A stretch of 64,000 nt of DNA from an uncultured virus (IMG/VR IMGVR_UViG_3300031627_000893) (Duplodnaviria > Heunggongvirae > Uroviricota > Caudoviricetes). A program made the translations under genes and the position numbers. Shown one piece after another: positions 55,626 through 64,000 of this stretch (positions are counted from its first letter, which is position 1; every line of letters starts with the position of its first letter). Under the pieces are notes generated by a model. The model was not told the DNA's origin and did not search any database. It saw nothing but the letters and a program-made list of their open reading frames with translations. Location of the stretch: the IMG/VR virus record IMGVR_UViG_3300031627_000893; one strand, 5' to 3'.

Positions 55626-56834
55626 ATGCACCTAATAGAATCATACGCAACCAGTTGTGGCTTAAAAATAGATAAGCCATATGCAACAAGCAAATTCTTC
55701 CCTCTTAACGTTGATAAATATATCACTTTTCATCCTTTCTCCAAGGAGGCTAAAAATTATGACTATTGGCAAGAGGTAGTAAACTTATTGATCCCGATCT
55801 TCTTGGAAGAGAAAATCGCAATACTTCAAATTGGAGGCAAAGACGACAGGAAGGTAATTGGATGCGGACACCTGTCAGGGCAAACGAGCATAGGTCAAGT
55901 AACGCACTTAGTCGAAAACAGTATGCTCCATCTTGGCGCGGATAGTTTCCCCACTCATATAGCTTCGTCTTTTGATAAAAAGATAGTGGCACTATACAGC
56001 AGCAACTACCTCAATTGCACTAAGCCCTATTGGGGAGACCCCGAAAAGCAAATATTGTTTGAGGCGGACAGGAAAGGCAAAAAACCTAGCTTCTCTTTTA
56101 ATGAGACCTCGAAGGTTATCAATAATATACCCCCTGAAAAGATAGCCTCTGCGGTTTGTAAGCTCTTGGGCTTAAATTTTGATTATCCCTATACTACTGT
56201 ATACCCATCAGAGATAAGAAATGCCAGAATGATGGAAGCTGTCCCTGATTTCGTAGTTAACATATCTAACCTCGGAGTAGATAGCCTCATAATGAGAATG
56301 GATTACGAATTCAACCAAAAGAATCTAACCCAACAGTTACAGGTTTGTCCTTGCTCGATTGTCACGAACAAGACTATCGACGAAAAGATAATGACCAGTT
56401 TTAGAGATAACATTAAAGAGATAGTGTATTTGATCGAAGAGGACAACGATCCTAGCTTTGTTGACTTGATCCAACGACTAAATATCCCTTACATGTTAAT
56501 GTCTTATCTTCCTGAAAGTATCCTGTCTCCGATTAAGATGAGCTACTTCGACTTTAACGGAGTCATTAACAGTAGGCCCGAAAGGACAGCAAAGGACTTT
56601 GAGTCACTGAAAGACAAGGAAATAAATAAGCTTTTTTATAAGTCGTGCAAAACTCTCTTGAGTAAGGGTAAAGTTTTTACTTGTAAGCAAGAGTATTTAA
56701 ATGGTAAAAGTGTCGAGAACTTCGACGAGGTTCTGCCTGTAATCGACTCCAAAGAGTTTTGGGGAGAATCGGAGTACTTTACATTCTTGGAAAAAAATAA
56801 TGACAGCAGCAAAGAAAAAACAAAAAGAGATTAG
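55626..56834 (+). CDS. GT9 (heptosyltransferase-like) glycosyltransferase, C-terminal-half type
   Basis: YITFHP..K.Y..W, QIGG, HLGADSFPTHIAS...K.IVALY. Confidence 0.8.
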   Translation: MHLIESYATSCGLKIDKPYATSKFFPLNVDKYITFHPFSKEAKNYDYWQEVVNLLIPIFLEEKIAILQIGGKDDRKVIGCGHLSGQTSIGQVTHLVENSMLHLGADSFPTHIASSFDKKIVALYSSNYLNCTKPYWGDPEKQILFEADRKGKKPSFSFNETSKVINNIPPEKIASAVCKLLGLNFDYPYTTVYPSEIRNARMMEAVPDFVVNISNLGVDSLIMRMDYEFNQKNLTQQLQVCPCSIVTNKTIDEKIMTSFRDNIKEIVYLIEEDNDPSFVDLIQRLNIPYMLMSYLPESILSPIKMSYFDFNGVINSRPERTAKDFESLKDKEINKLFYKSCKTLLSKGKVFTCKQEYLNGKSVENFDEVLPVIDSKEFWGESEYFTFLEKNNDSSKEKTKRD

Positions 56835-57561
56835 CTTCGAACCCGCAATGAAGCTCATCAAAAGAGATGAGAACGGCCTAATAACCGATAACGAATCGGT
56901 TAAGTATAAGTTTAAAGAGAACGGGCTAATTGACTGGAGAGCGATGCTCAAGCCAGAGCATCTTTATCCAAATAGGGCATACTTCGAACGCAGAAATCAG
57001 CCCATTCCTGATTCTGTAAAAGACCTAGAGGATACACAGGTCTTGGTTCTATTAGGCGGACTAAAAGAACTAGCTAAAGTCAGAGGATATAGCTCTGTAT
57101 CGTTTGACACAGTCACCGCACAAGCAGATTATGTGTGTACGGTTTGTCGCATTAGCTGGACCCCTAATTATGAGACAGAAATGAAAGAGGTCGAATTTTC
57201 GGACATGGGAGACGCTCATCCCTATAATACTAACGATTTTGCGATGTACTACTTAGCTGCGATTGCAGCAAATAGAGCTTTTGTCAGGTGCGTCAGGAAC
57301 TTCCTGAATATAGATATCGTCGGCAAGGACGAGATTGGCACTACCCCTCGTAAAAACACGTCTGTCTCTGTCGAAAATATTACAGACCCAAAATACCTAC
57401 TATCCAGTCTAATGAAGGATAACAGCATACCTTTCTCAATAGTTAAACAGATTTTAGTCGATCAAGACGTGAAAGGAGCGGATGGATTTAGTTCCGTCAG
57501 CGATGTCCCGAATCTAAAAGCCTTCGAGTTGGTCGAGCAACTTAAAAAGCGATATCCCTAA
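56800..57561 (+). CDS. putative ssDNA-annealing protein (Rad52/Sak-like)
   Basis: GLKELA..RG, V..VC.I.W, GDA...N, AIAANRAFVRCVRNFLNI....DEI. Confidence 0.55.
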   Translation: MTAAKKKQKEISFEPAMKLIKRDENGLITDNESVKYKFKENGLIDWRAMLKPEHLYPNRAYFERRNQPIPDSVKDLEDTQVLVLLGGLKELAKVRGYSSVSFDTVTAQADYVCTVCRISWTPNYETEMKEVEFSDMGDAHPYNTNDFAMYYLAAIAANRAFVRCVRNFLNIDIVGKDEIGTTPRKNTSVSVENITDPKYLLSSLMKDNSIPFSIVKQILVDQDVKGADGFSSVSDVPNLKAFELVEQLKKRYP

Positions 57562-57573
57562 GGCCCCTTAGGG
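57556..57573. terminator. inverted repeat at the convergence of the replication and structural arms
   Basis: CCCTAAGG-CC-CCTTAGGG. Confidence 0.45.
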
Positions 57574-57621
57574 CTTCCGGTAATTAGACAAAGACCGATA
57601 GCAGCATTACATGCATCGCAG

Positions 57622-58329
57622 TCAGTATTGACCGTCTACTGCATATACATTATTTTTGCAATACACATTAAACGTCGGAGCTACGGTTCCAATATATATA
57701 GTGTTAGTTGATGACTCGACGTATCGTTTATCCCCCGCGTAATCTTCGGCGCGAACCATTTTACCGTCAACCAAAATTGGGTGGTCATTGGATATATATA
57801 ATTCATCTTCTATAATATAATAGCCGTCTCTTGGGTGGTCTTTTATTAATCTATTTACTTCTGTAAACCCGCATGAGCTTTCAATTAAATCTCCAAGATT
57901 TAAATCCATGACTTTCGCTAGAGAGCCATCTATAAGTTTAACCAACATGTCAGGTAACAGACAGAATTTACCCGGACCACCGGGACCACCGCCACCAAAA
58001 CATTGATATGAATAATCATTACATGCGGCGCAATTAGCAAACACATCGTAGGTATAGTCGTCTACAGATCCATCAACGTTGATGGCGGTTACTTGGGCGC
58101 ATAATCCGTTCTGACCTAAAATCCAATCACCAACACTGGGCTCAAGGGCCGAGCCTCCCCCACCCATATCGTCCTCCCATATTTGTGTGCTCCCAGTCGC
58201 CGCGCACGAACACCCATCACCGGAATCAAATACTGCAAGTGTAACTTGAACTTTAGTAGTCGTTGATACAGGTTTTATCCCTGCCCCGAAGCCTAAAACT
58301 TGATATCCCCATGTTGCTGGTCCTGCCAT
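57622..58329 (-). CDS. putative virion/tail accessory protein with a C-terminal Hint (intein-like) domain
   Basis: N-terminal WGYQVLGFG; Gly/Pro linker, then CLLPDMLV...DL.LGD.I and block B SNDHPILV. Confidence 0.75.
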   Translation of the reverse strand: MAGPATWGYQVLGFGAGIKPVSTTTKVQVTLAVFDSGDGCSCAATGSTQIWEDDMGGGGSALEPSVGDWILGQNGLCAQVTAINVDGSVDDYTYDVFANCAACNDYSYQCFGGGGPGGPGKFCLLPDMLVKLIDGSLAKVMDLNLGDLIESSCGFTEVNRLIKDHPRDGYYIIEDELYISNDHPILVDGKMVRAEDYAGDKRYVESSTNTIYIGTVAPTFNVYCKNNVYAVDGQY

Positions 58330-58332
58330 ATC

Positions 58333-60456
58333 TTACGCCTCATGAACATCGTCTACTGTATAGAATATTTTAACACCAATAAGTTTTGCGTCTTCCGCTG
58401 CTGTGTCTCCTGGGTCCCCTGCGACTCTTGCAATATCGAAATAACAGATTTCCCCTACCGCAGGAGAACCCGCAATAGTGACAGCACTACTAACCGATGT
58501 TACATGTAAGTCTTTTGCTGTTCCTAAATTATCATCGGCTACTACTACTTCTGTGCCAAAAGCAGTATTCAGACTGTTATTGTTGGCAAGTGCCACACCC
58601 GCTAGTCCCCAAACTACGGGATCTGAATCTGTTGCTTCTGATGTCCAGTAAACTTGGAATGTAACTGTACCTTCATTCCAGAACGAAGGCATCGCTATTG
58701 AAAATTGTGCATGTTCTTCTGAACCTTGATCAAAGTCTAATGTATAAAGATCAGGCCCTGTGTTGCCACCTGAGTCTAGTGTCGTTATTGCAGCACAACC
58801 TGCTGTAGAAGTAGGGTACATCGCTGCTGCCGGAACCCATATCGACTGTTTTCCTATCGTATCGTTAGAGAGAACAGAGCTTGTAGCTGTTATTCCTCCC
58901 CCCGCCAACAGCGTAGCAACATCAGCAAAAGCTTCCTTTTTGGCGGTCCCTGAAGCTCCGCCATCTAAAAACAACACATAGTCACCATTGGCAATAGTTG
59001 CTTCTGCTGCCTCGGTCAGATCGACGTTAAAGGTAGTACTAGATAAGTCCAGCAAGGTTCCAGCGGAATAACTCGACCCACCACCACCAGCACCTGAGGG
59101 TCCGGTTGGACCAGCAGCCCCAGCGGGTCCAGCCGAACCAGCGGGTCCAGTTGAACCTGCGGAACCTGTAGCACCAGAAGGTCCAGTCGAACCAGCGGGG
59201 CCAGTCGAACCAGCCGAACCAGCGGGTCCAGTCGAACCAGCGGGTCCAGCGGAGCCCGTAGCACCAGTAGGACCACTTGAACCGGGTACACCCGCAGGAC
59301 CAGCGGGACCGGCAGGGCCACCAGCAGGACCAGCGGAGCCAGAAGGACCAGCCGCACCCGCAGGACCAGCCGGACCAGCCGGACCAGCAGGACCACCAGC
59401 AGGACCACTAGCACCGGAAGGCCCAGTCGCCCCAATGCTACCAGCAGAACCTGTAGCTCCAGAAGGCCCAGCCGAACCCGCAGGGCCAGTCGAACCCGCA
59501 GGACCAGCAGGACCAAGGTCACCAGCAGGACCAGCGGAACCAGAAGGTCCAGTCGAACCAGCGGGACCAGCAGGACCAGCGGGACCACCAGCGGGACCAC
59601 TAGCACCGGAAGGCCCAGTCGCCCCAATGCTACCAGCAGAACCTGTAGCTCCAGAAGGCCCAGCCGAACCCGCAGGGCCAGTCGAACCCGCAGGACCAGC
59701 AGGACCAGTCGAACCAGCAGGACCCGCAGGACCAGCCGGACCACCAGCAGGGCCACTAGCACCAGAGGGACCAGTAGAACCCGCAGCACCAGAGGGACCA
59801 GTAGAACCCGCAGGACCCGCAGGACCAGCAACAGTCGATTCTGCTCCAGAGGGGCCAATTGGGCCAACAGGACCAACAGGCCCCGCCATAGCAAAAGTGA
59901 GCACTCCCGTTTCCCCATTCGGGATTATTGAAGTAAAATCACTATGAGATTTCGCAACAGGACTTATGTTGATTTTCTTATAAGCAGAACCTGATTCGTT
60001 CCCTGTTGTTATGCTAAACAAAGCAAATTTAGAAGGATCGGATTGCTTGTAAAATTTTAATCTTCCCCTGTCGCTAGAGCCCGAAACATCGTCAAGGCTG
60101 TCTATCCAAGCTGAAACATCAATTGAGTATGCATCGTAATGATTCACATATAATTTTGAAGTAGAAGCAACGCTCCCCGCGTTAAATCTTAATGTCCCTA
60201 AAGTGGGATTCGCATCATCAGTACTACTGGAGTACTTAAAGCTAAAGGTGTCCCCTCCTTTCCCGCCAATAGGGCCAGTAGCCCCAGCCGATCCTTGTGG
60301 GCCAGTAGAACCCGCAGGGCCAGAGTTTCCCGCAGGACCAGCGGGGCCAGTAGAACCCGCAGGACCAGCGGGGCCGACTACTCCCTGAATACCTTGGAAA
60401 GCTTGATTCTGTCTTCCTTCAACGTTGCCAGTTGGCATTATTACTTTTCTAGCCAT
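58333..60456 (-). CDS. collagen-like tail fibre protein
   Basis: Two Gly-X-Y tracts (GPA/GST/GPS) flanking a globular domain, plus a C-terminal beta-rich domain. Confidence 0.88.
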   Translation of the reverse strand: MARKVIMPTGNVEGRQNQAFQGIQGVVGPAGPAGSTGPAGPAGNSGPAGSTGPQGSAGATGPIGGKGGDTFSFKYSSSTDDANPTLGTLRFNAGSVASTSKLYVNHYDAYSIDVSAWIDSLDDVSGSSDRGRLKFYKQSDPSKFALFSITTGNESGSAYKKINISPVAKSHSDFTSIIPNGETGVLTFAMAGPVGPVGPIGPSGAESTVAGPAGPAGSTGPSGAAGSTGPSGASGPAGGPAGPAGPAGSTGPAGPAGSTGPAGSAGPSGATGSAGSIGATGPSGASGPAGGPAGPAGPAGSTGPSGSAGPAGDLGPAGPAGSTGPAGSAGPSGATGSAGSIGATGPSGASGPAGGPAGPAGPAGPAGAAGPSGSAGPAGGPAGPAGPAGVPGSSGPTGATGSAGPAGSTGPAGSAGSTGPAGSTGPSGATGSAGSTGPAGSAGPAGAAGPTGPSGAGGGGSSYSAGTLLDLSSTTFNVDLTEAAEATIANGDYVLFLDGGASGTAKKEAFADVATLLAGGGITATSSVLSNDTIGKQSIWVPAAAMYPTSTAGCAAITTLDSGGNTGPDLYTLDFDQGSEEHAQFSIAMPSFWNEGTVTFQVYWTSEATDSDPVVWGLAGVALANNNSLNTAFGTEVVVADDNLGTAKDLHVTSVSSAVTIAGSPAVGEICYFDIARVAGDPGDTAAEDAKLIGVKIFYTVDDVHEA
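59402..59707. repeat. 114-bp direct repeat inside the collagen tract (59402-59515 and 59594-59707)
   Basis: Identical ggaccactagcaccggaagg...gcaggacca copies offset by 192 bp. Confidence 0.85.
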
Positions 60457-60457
60457 C

Positions 60458-63400
60458 TTACTCTGTCTCCATTACAAACCCTTTATAGTAAAACTTACCT
60501 TCACAGGTATTAGCAGTTGCGCCAGATGTAATGGTAGCTATTATGTTTGTCTGACCAGCGGTATCGTCTGGCACAATAATTCTTTCTCTAGAATAATTTT
60601 GCAAAACCCCTTTTACTGCGTAGTCGTCGAATAGCCCTTCCAGTGAGCCACTGCTTCCTATCTTAAATTTTGGACCCATCGTAATCGTGTTGATATCTGT
60701 GAATACTATTCCCATTTCATCTATAAATACCCTTTTGTTTGATGGTAAGTGAATCGTATGCGTACCTGTTTGGGTCATGTCTATCTCCCTAGATGCGATT
60801 ACCGTTTCAGAGGAAGCAAACTGAGTAAAGTGAGTGCTGGTACTTGAAGTAGCGGATGCTGATGGGTCAGCACCTAGAACGATGTTCGCTCCGGTAAAGT
60901 TTCTAAGTAGCTCTGGGTTTTCTACATTAACTATAAGCTTACTGTTTGCAGTTTTTGCTATTGGCTGAACAACGTGACCCGCTATAGTCGGCTTGACAGT
61001 CGTGAGTAAGCCAGAACTCGTAGGGCTCAAATATAATTGTTTACCAGCAGAGTATCCTCCTAATAAAAACTCGCCATGAGTAGTTATATCAAATGTCGTT
61101 CCGGTTACCCTAGATATTACCCCCGCTACTCTTGAGTTCTCCTCGTTGTTCGCGATGGCCTTTACGTATTTGTTTGATGAATTATCAAACCTTACTATAT
61201 CTCCAGTTGTAAAAGAGTTCGCGGCAGTGTGCGTGACTAGAGTATTGCTGCTGAAAGACCCTGTTACTGAATAGTAGTCTACTGTTGAGTTATAGAATTG
61301 CGTCAAGCCACCGAAGTTATTTACATTCCCTGCAACGGCGGAGCTAATCAGCGATACATTACTATCAACATTATTAAGATTATCTGTTCTGGCTATATCT
61401 ATATCTGATCCATTGGTAATAGTTATGGAGCCGCTCACGTTTAGAGCCTCCCCAGAGAACGTCATCTGATTAACAGAACCAATCAGGTTGCCAGTAGTAT
61501 CGGTTAAAGTTACGTTGTTGTGTAAGTGATAATTTACAACGTCTACATCGGTAATGCTTCCTACCACATCTCCAGTAAGAGTCACACTCGCGCCTGTGAT
61601 ATAAGCCACGCCACCACTTGCAATGTTCAGCGTACTAACGCCTCCTGTTATATTGACTTGCTGAGCACTTGCTGAAATATTCGAGCCCTCACTGTCAATA
61701 GTCTCTATATTCCTGAACTGGTAAATATTAACCGTTTCACCAGAGTTGATATTGAAACTTACCCCACTAGCAACATTCGGGTTGTAATTTACAGTTATGT
61801 CTTGCGTATGCTGGTTTATGGTGTTCGTGCCATCATTAATCGTTATCGTACCGCCAGTAATCGTCGATGTACCGGATACGGTCATCGATTGAGCGTTAGT
61901 TATATTAAACGTCTGGCCTGTACTTAATACGGTGTTCGTTCCTCCGGTAATGTTAAATACCCCGCCTGTAATGTAATTTGTGCTGTTCGATATCGACGGG
62001 GAAATCAAAGTAGCCGTAGAGAAATCGGCGGAAGAAGAATTTAAAGTTACAGAAACTCCGCTGTAGATTTGAGCTCCAGATGCATAGTTTAGTGTATTAA
62101 CCCCCCCCGTTATTGACACTAGTGAAGCACCTCCGCTTTGGACAGGGTTGTTGAAAGTTATATTAGTGCCTGTCGATTGACTTATCAGTATTTGGTTTGC
62201 GAGTGTACCCGCGTCTCCAGTTATGTATACCGTTCCCCCTGAAACTATTGTGGGATAATGAAAATTATTATTAACTACCGTATTTGACAACCCTGATTCA
62301 ATTGTTTGGCTGAAACTATTGTTTACAGTAACCGCGCTAGAAGCATCTGTTATATGGAAATGAGATGTCCCCCCTGTTACTCCCACCGCGTCTATGCCAC
62401 TAAAGTGACCTACGCTGTCTAGCAAACTCACACTTTGCGGGTTATGCATTGTGCTAGTGCCGCCCGTAATCTCGACCTTGTTTGCCCCGCTTATCGTAAT
62501 CGTATTTCCTGACCCACTTATCTGATAGGTATTATTTTTCCCACTTAAATTAAACGTGGTTGTTGACGTATTGAATGAAACTACCGAATTGAATATTCCA
62601 CTTATAGAGGAAGTGAATATGCTATTATCTCCTCCGGTAATACTAATCGTGGTTCCAGTAAAACGGTTCGTTCCACCCGTTATATACGCGTTGGTAATCC
62701 CGCCATTTATCGTAGTGGTTGAATTCGATACTATAGCAGACCCATTGATGTTACTTATTGTCGAATTCGGAATATTATTCGTACCTCCAGAAATTGTAAC
62801 CGTGGCTCCAGTAAAGTTGGCTGTTCCACCAGTGATCTGGACCAGCGGAATAGTTGAACTAAACGAATTAGTTCCTTGAGTCACGTATACTGGATCATTG
62901 AAAGTTCCAGTGAACGAATTGTTTCCTGAGGTAAAGTTAGAGGACGTAATGCTTGATACGTTTAACGATCCAGCAGTTACAGTGCCACTTGTAATGTTTA
63001 TGGTCGTACCTGTTACGTTATTAACTCCTCCAGTGATATTAGCTGTTGTCGAGGTTACCGTATTAACTCCGCCAGATATTATGCCTCCGCTTAGCGTAAT
63101 AGTCGTGGAGGAAGAGAACGTGTTCGTCCCTCCAACCACAGAGATGTTGTCTCCCGTAATTGAGTAATTGCTCCCTCCCTCAACAGTACCTGATACATTA
63201 ATCCTAGCTGCGTTAAGAGTATTAGTTCCTCCGTTTACGACTACGCTATTTCCTGTTATCGACCCAGTATTATTTGTTATGGTCAGGTTCTCTAAGTCTC
63301 CTTGGAAATTAGAGACATTTGAATGTATCGTGTTTATTCCGCCAGATATCGTTACGCTACCCGCACCAGTGTTAGTCAGAGTATTCGTTCCTCCCGTTAT

Positions 63401-64000
63401 CACAATAGGAGCAGTTCCAGTATAAAACAGAGACCCGCTTATTAGCTTAACTAGATCTTGATCTCCATTAAGCGTAATATTTTGTGGGTTATTTATGGTG
63501 TCAGCCGTATTAAGAGTGACTGTAGTACCATCGTTTATAGTGTTTGTGCCTCCAGTTACCGTGAGCGTAGTAATGTTGCCAGTAACGCTATTAGTTCCGC
63601 TAGTAATACTAAACGTAGAGTTCGGGGCAGAAAGGTTTAAAGTATTAGTCGAGTTATCGGCAGTTATAGTCGAGCCACTGATAAATGCCGTGGAGTTGCT
63701 TACTGTACTCGTGCCTCCACTAATGTGAACTGTTCCTCCGCTTACCGAAAACGTTTCCCCTGTAGCGTAAACCGTGCTGCTGTTTATTACGTTTGACCCG
63801 TTAGTTACAGTTATACCGCTTACGCTATTTATCGTATTCGTACCGTTGTTAATAGCTACGGTATTATTGGCGTTGAACGTAAGCTCAGTAGAGGATGACG
63901 TAGTAACGTTTACCGTCGAGGAAGTAGCTGTAATGTTACCTGAAACATTTAAACCTGTTACGGACGCTCCAGATTCTATACTAATCGTGTTCGTCCCCTC
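60458..64000 (-). CDS. large Thr/Ser/Gly/Asn-rich beta-repeat virion fibre protein, 5'-truncated by the window edge
   Basis: Repeated ITGGTN/ISGG units; the frame appears to stay open upstream of the track start (63403) to the window end; C-terminal GDIVRFD...KAIAN...AGVI...LYLSP..G.LT domain. Confidence 0.8.
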   Translation of the reverse strand, partial: EGTNTISIESGASVTGLNVSGNITATSSTVNVTTSSSTELTFNANNTVAINNGTNTINSVSGITVTNGSNVINSSTVYATGETFSVSGGTVHISGGTSTVSNSTAFISGSTITADNSTNTLNLSAPNSTFSITSGTNSVTGNITTLTVTGGTNTINDGTTVTLNTADTINNPQNITLNGDQDLVKLISGSLFYTGTAPIVITGGTNTLTNTGAGSVTISGGINTIHSNVSNFQGDLENLTITNNTGSITGNSVVVNGGTNTLNAARINVSGTVEGGSNYSITGDNISVVGGTNTFSSSTTITLSGGIISGGVNTVTSTTANITGGVNNVTGTTINITSGTVTAGSLNVSSITSSNFTSGNNSFTGTFNDPVYVTQGTNSFSSTIPLVQITGGTANFTGATVTISGGTNNIPNSTISNINGSAIVSNSTTTINGGITNAYITGGTNRFTGTTISITGGDNSIFTSSISGIFNSVVSFNTSTTTFNLSGKNNTYQISGSGNTITISGANKVEITGGTSTMHNPQSVSLLDSVGHFSGIDAVGVTGGTSHFHITDASSAVTVNNSFSQTIESGLSNTVVNNNFHYPTIVSGGTVYITGDAGTLANQILISQSTGTNITFNNPVQSGGASLVSITGGVNTLNYASGAQIYSGVSVTLNSSSADFSTATLISPSISNSTNYITGGVFNITGGTNTVLSTGQTFNITNAQSMTVSGTSTITGGTITINDGTNTINQHTQDITVNYNPNVASGVSFNINSGETVNIYQFRNIETIDSEGSNISASAQQVNITGGVSTLNIASGGVAYITGASVTLTGDVVGSITDVDVVNYHLHNNVTLTDTTGNLIGSVNQMTFSGEALNVSGSITITNGSDIDIARTDNLNNVDSNVSLISSAVAGNVNNFGGLTQFYNSTVDYYSVTGSFSSNTLVTHTAANSFTTGDIVRFDNSSNKYVKAIANNEENSRVAGVISRVTGTTFDITTHGEFLLGGYSAGKQLYLSPTSSGLLTTVKPTIAGHVVQPIAKTANSKLIVNVENPELLRNFTGANIVLGADPSASATSSTSTHFTQFASSETVIASREIDMTQTGTHTIHLPSNKRVFIDEMGIVFTDINTITMGPKFKIGSSGSLEGLFDDYAVKGVLQNYSRERIIVPDDTAGQTNIIATITSGATANTCEGKFYYKGFVMETE

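Noticed and set aside
59016..59947. 300-aa Leu/Val-rich minus ORF and 170-aa PAGP plus ORF
   Set aside because: Shadow frames of the GC-rich collagen repeat.
1..64000. Canonical CRISPR array or cas operon accompanying the Cas7-like gene
   Set aside because: No 25-40-bp direct repeats with unique spacers and no recognisable cas1/2/3/5/6/8/10 genes were seen.
1..64000. Alternative genetic code (stop-codon reassignment)
   Set aside because: Conserved genes are intact in the standard code, TAA, TAG and TGA all end genes, and no suppressor tRNA was seen.

Overview
This window looks like a 64-kb piece of a large tailed-bacteriophage (probably jumbo-phage) genome read in the standard genetic code. 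It has no ribosomal or cellular housekeeping operons and is densely packed, often with overlapping start/stop codons. Layout: (i) 1-15.4 kb, minus strand: small accessory genes, a 2OG-Fe(II) oxygenase, a sigma70-type factor, nucleotide and sugar enzymes, an HNH endonuclease and tRNA-Arg(UCU). (ii) 15.4-57.6 kb, plus strand: dNMP kinase, a second sigma factor, ribonucleotide reductase with a tyrosine-less class Ic-like beta subunit, a ~15-kb glycan cluster, RecA, a tubulin/FtsZ homologue, DnaB, primase, a DnaE split into PHP, exonuclease and catalytic genes, and more glycosyltransferases. (iii) 57.6-64 kb, minus strand: virion fibre genes (a Hint-domain protein, a collagen-like fibre and a large beta-repeat protein that runs off the window). 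The top finding is a stand-alone Cas7/RAMP-like gene (2973-3632) with a consensus sigma70 promoter, lying ~0.8 kb upstream of a non-coding array of 13 five-nucleotide GGY-NN units (2116-2180). Together these suggest an RNA-guided system with a non-contiguous guide code and no CRISPR array. Other highlights: a 50-aa metallothionein-like ORF missing from the ORF track, a ~370-nt structured ncRNA candidate, a recurring GTGTAA motif just before start codons, a predicted branched-chain 3,6-dideoxy sugar pathway, and a relic alternative C-terminus behind the Hint-domain gene. All protein calls rest on recognising motifs by eye; no database searches were run.
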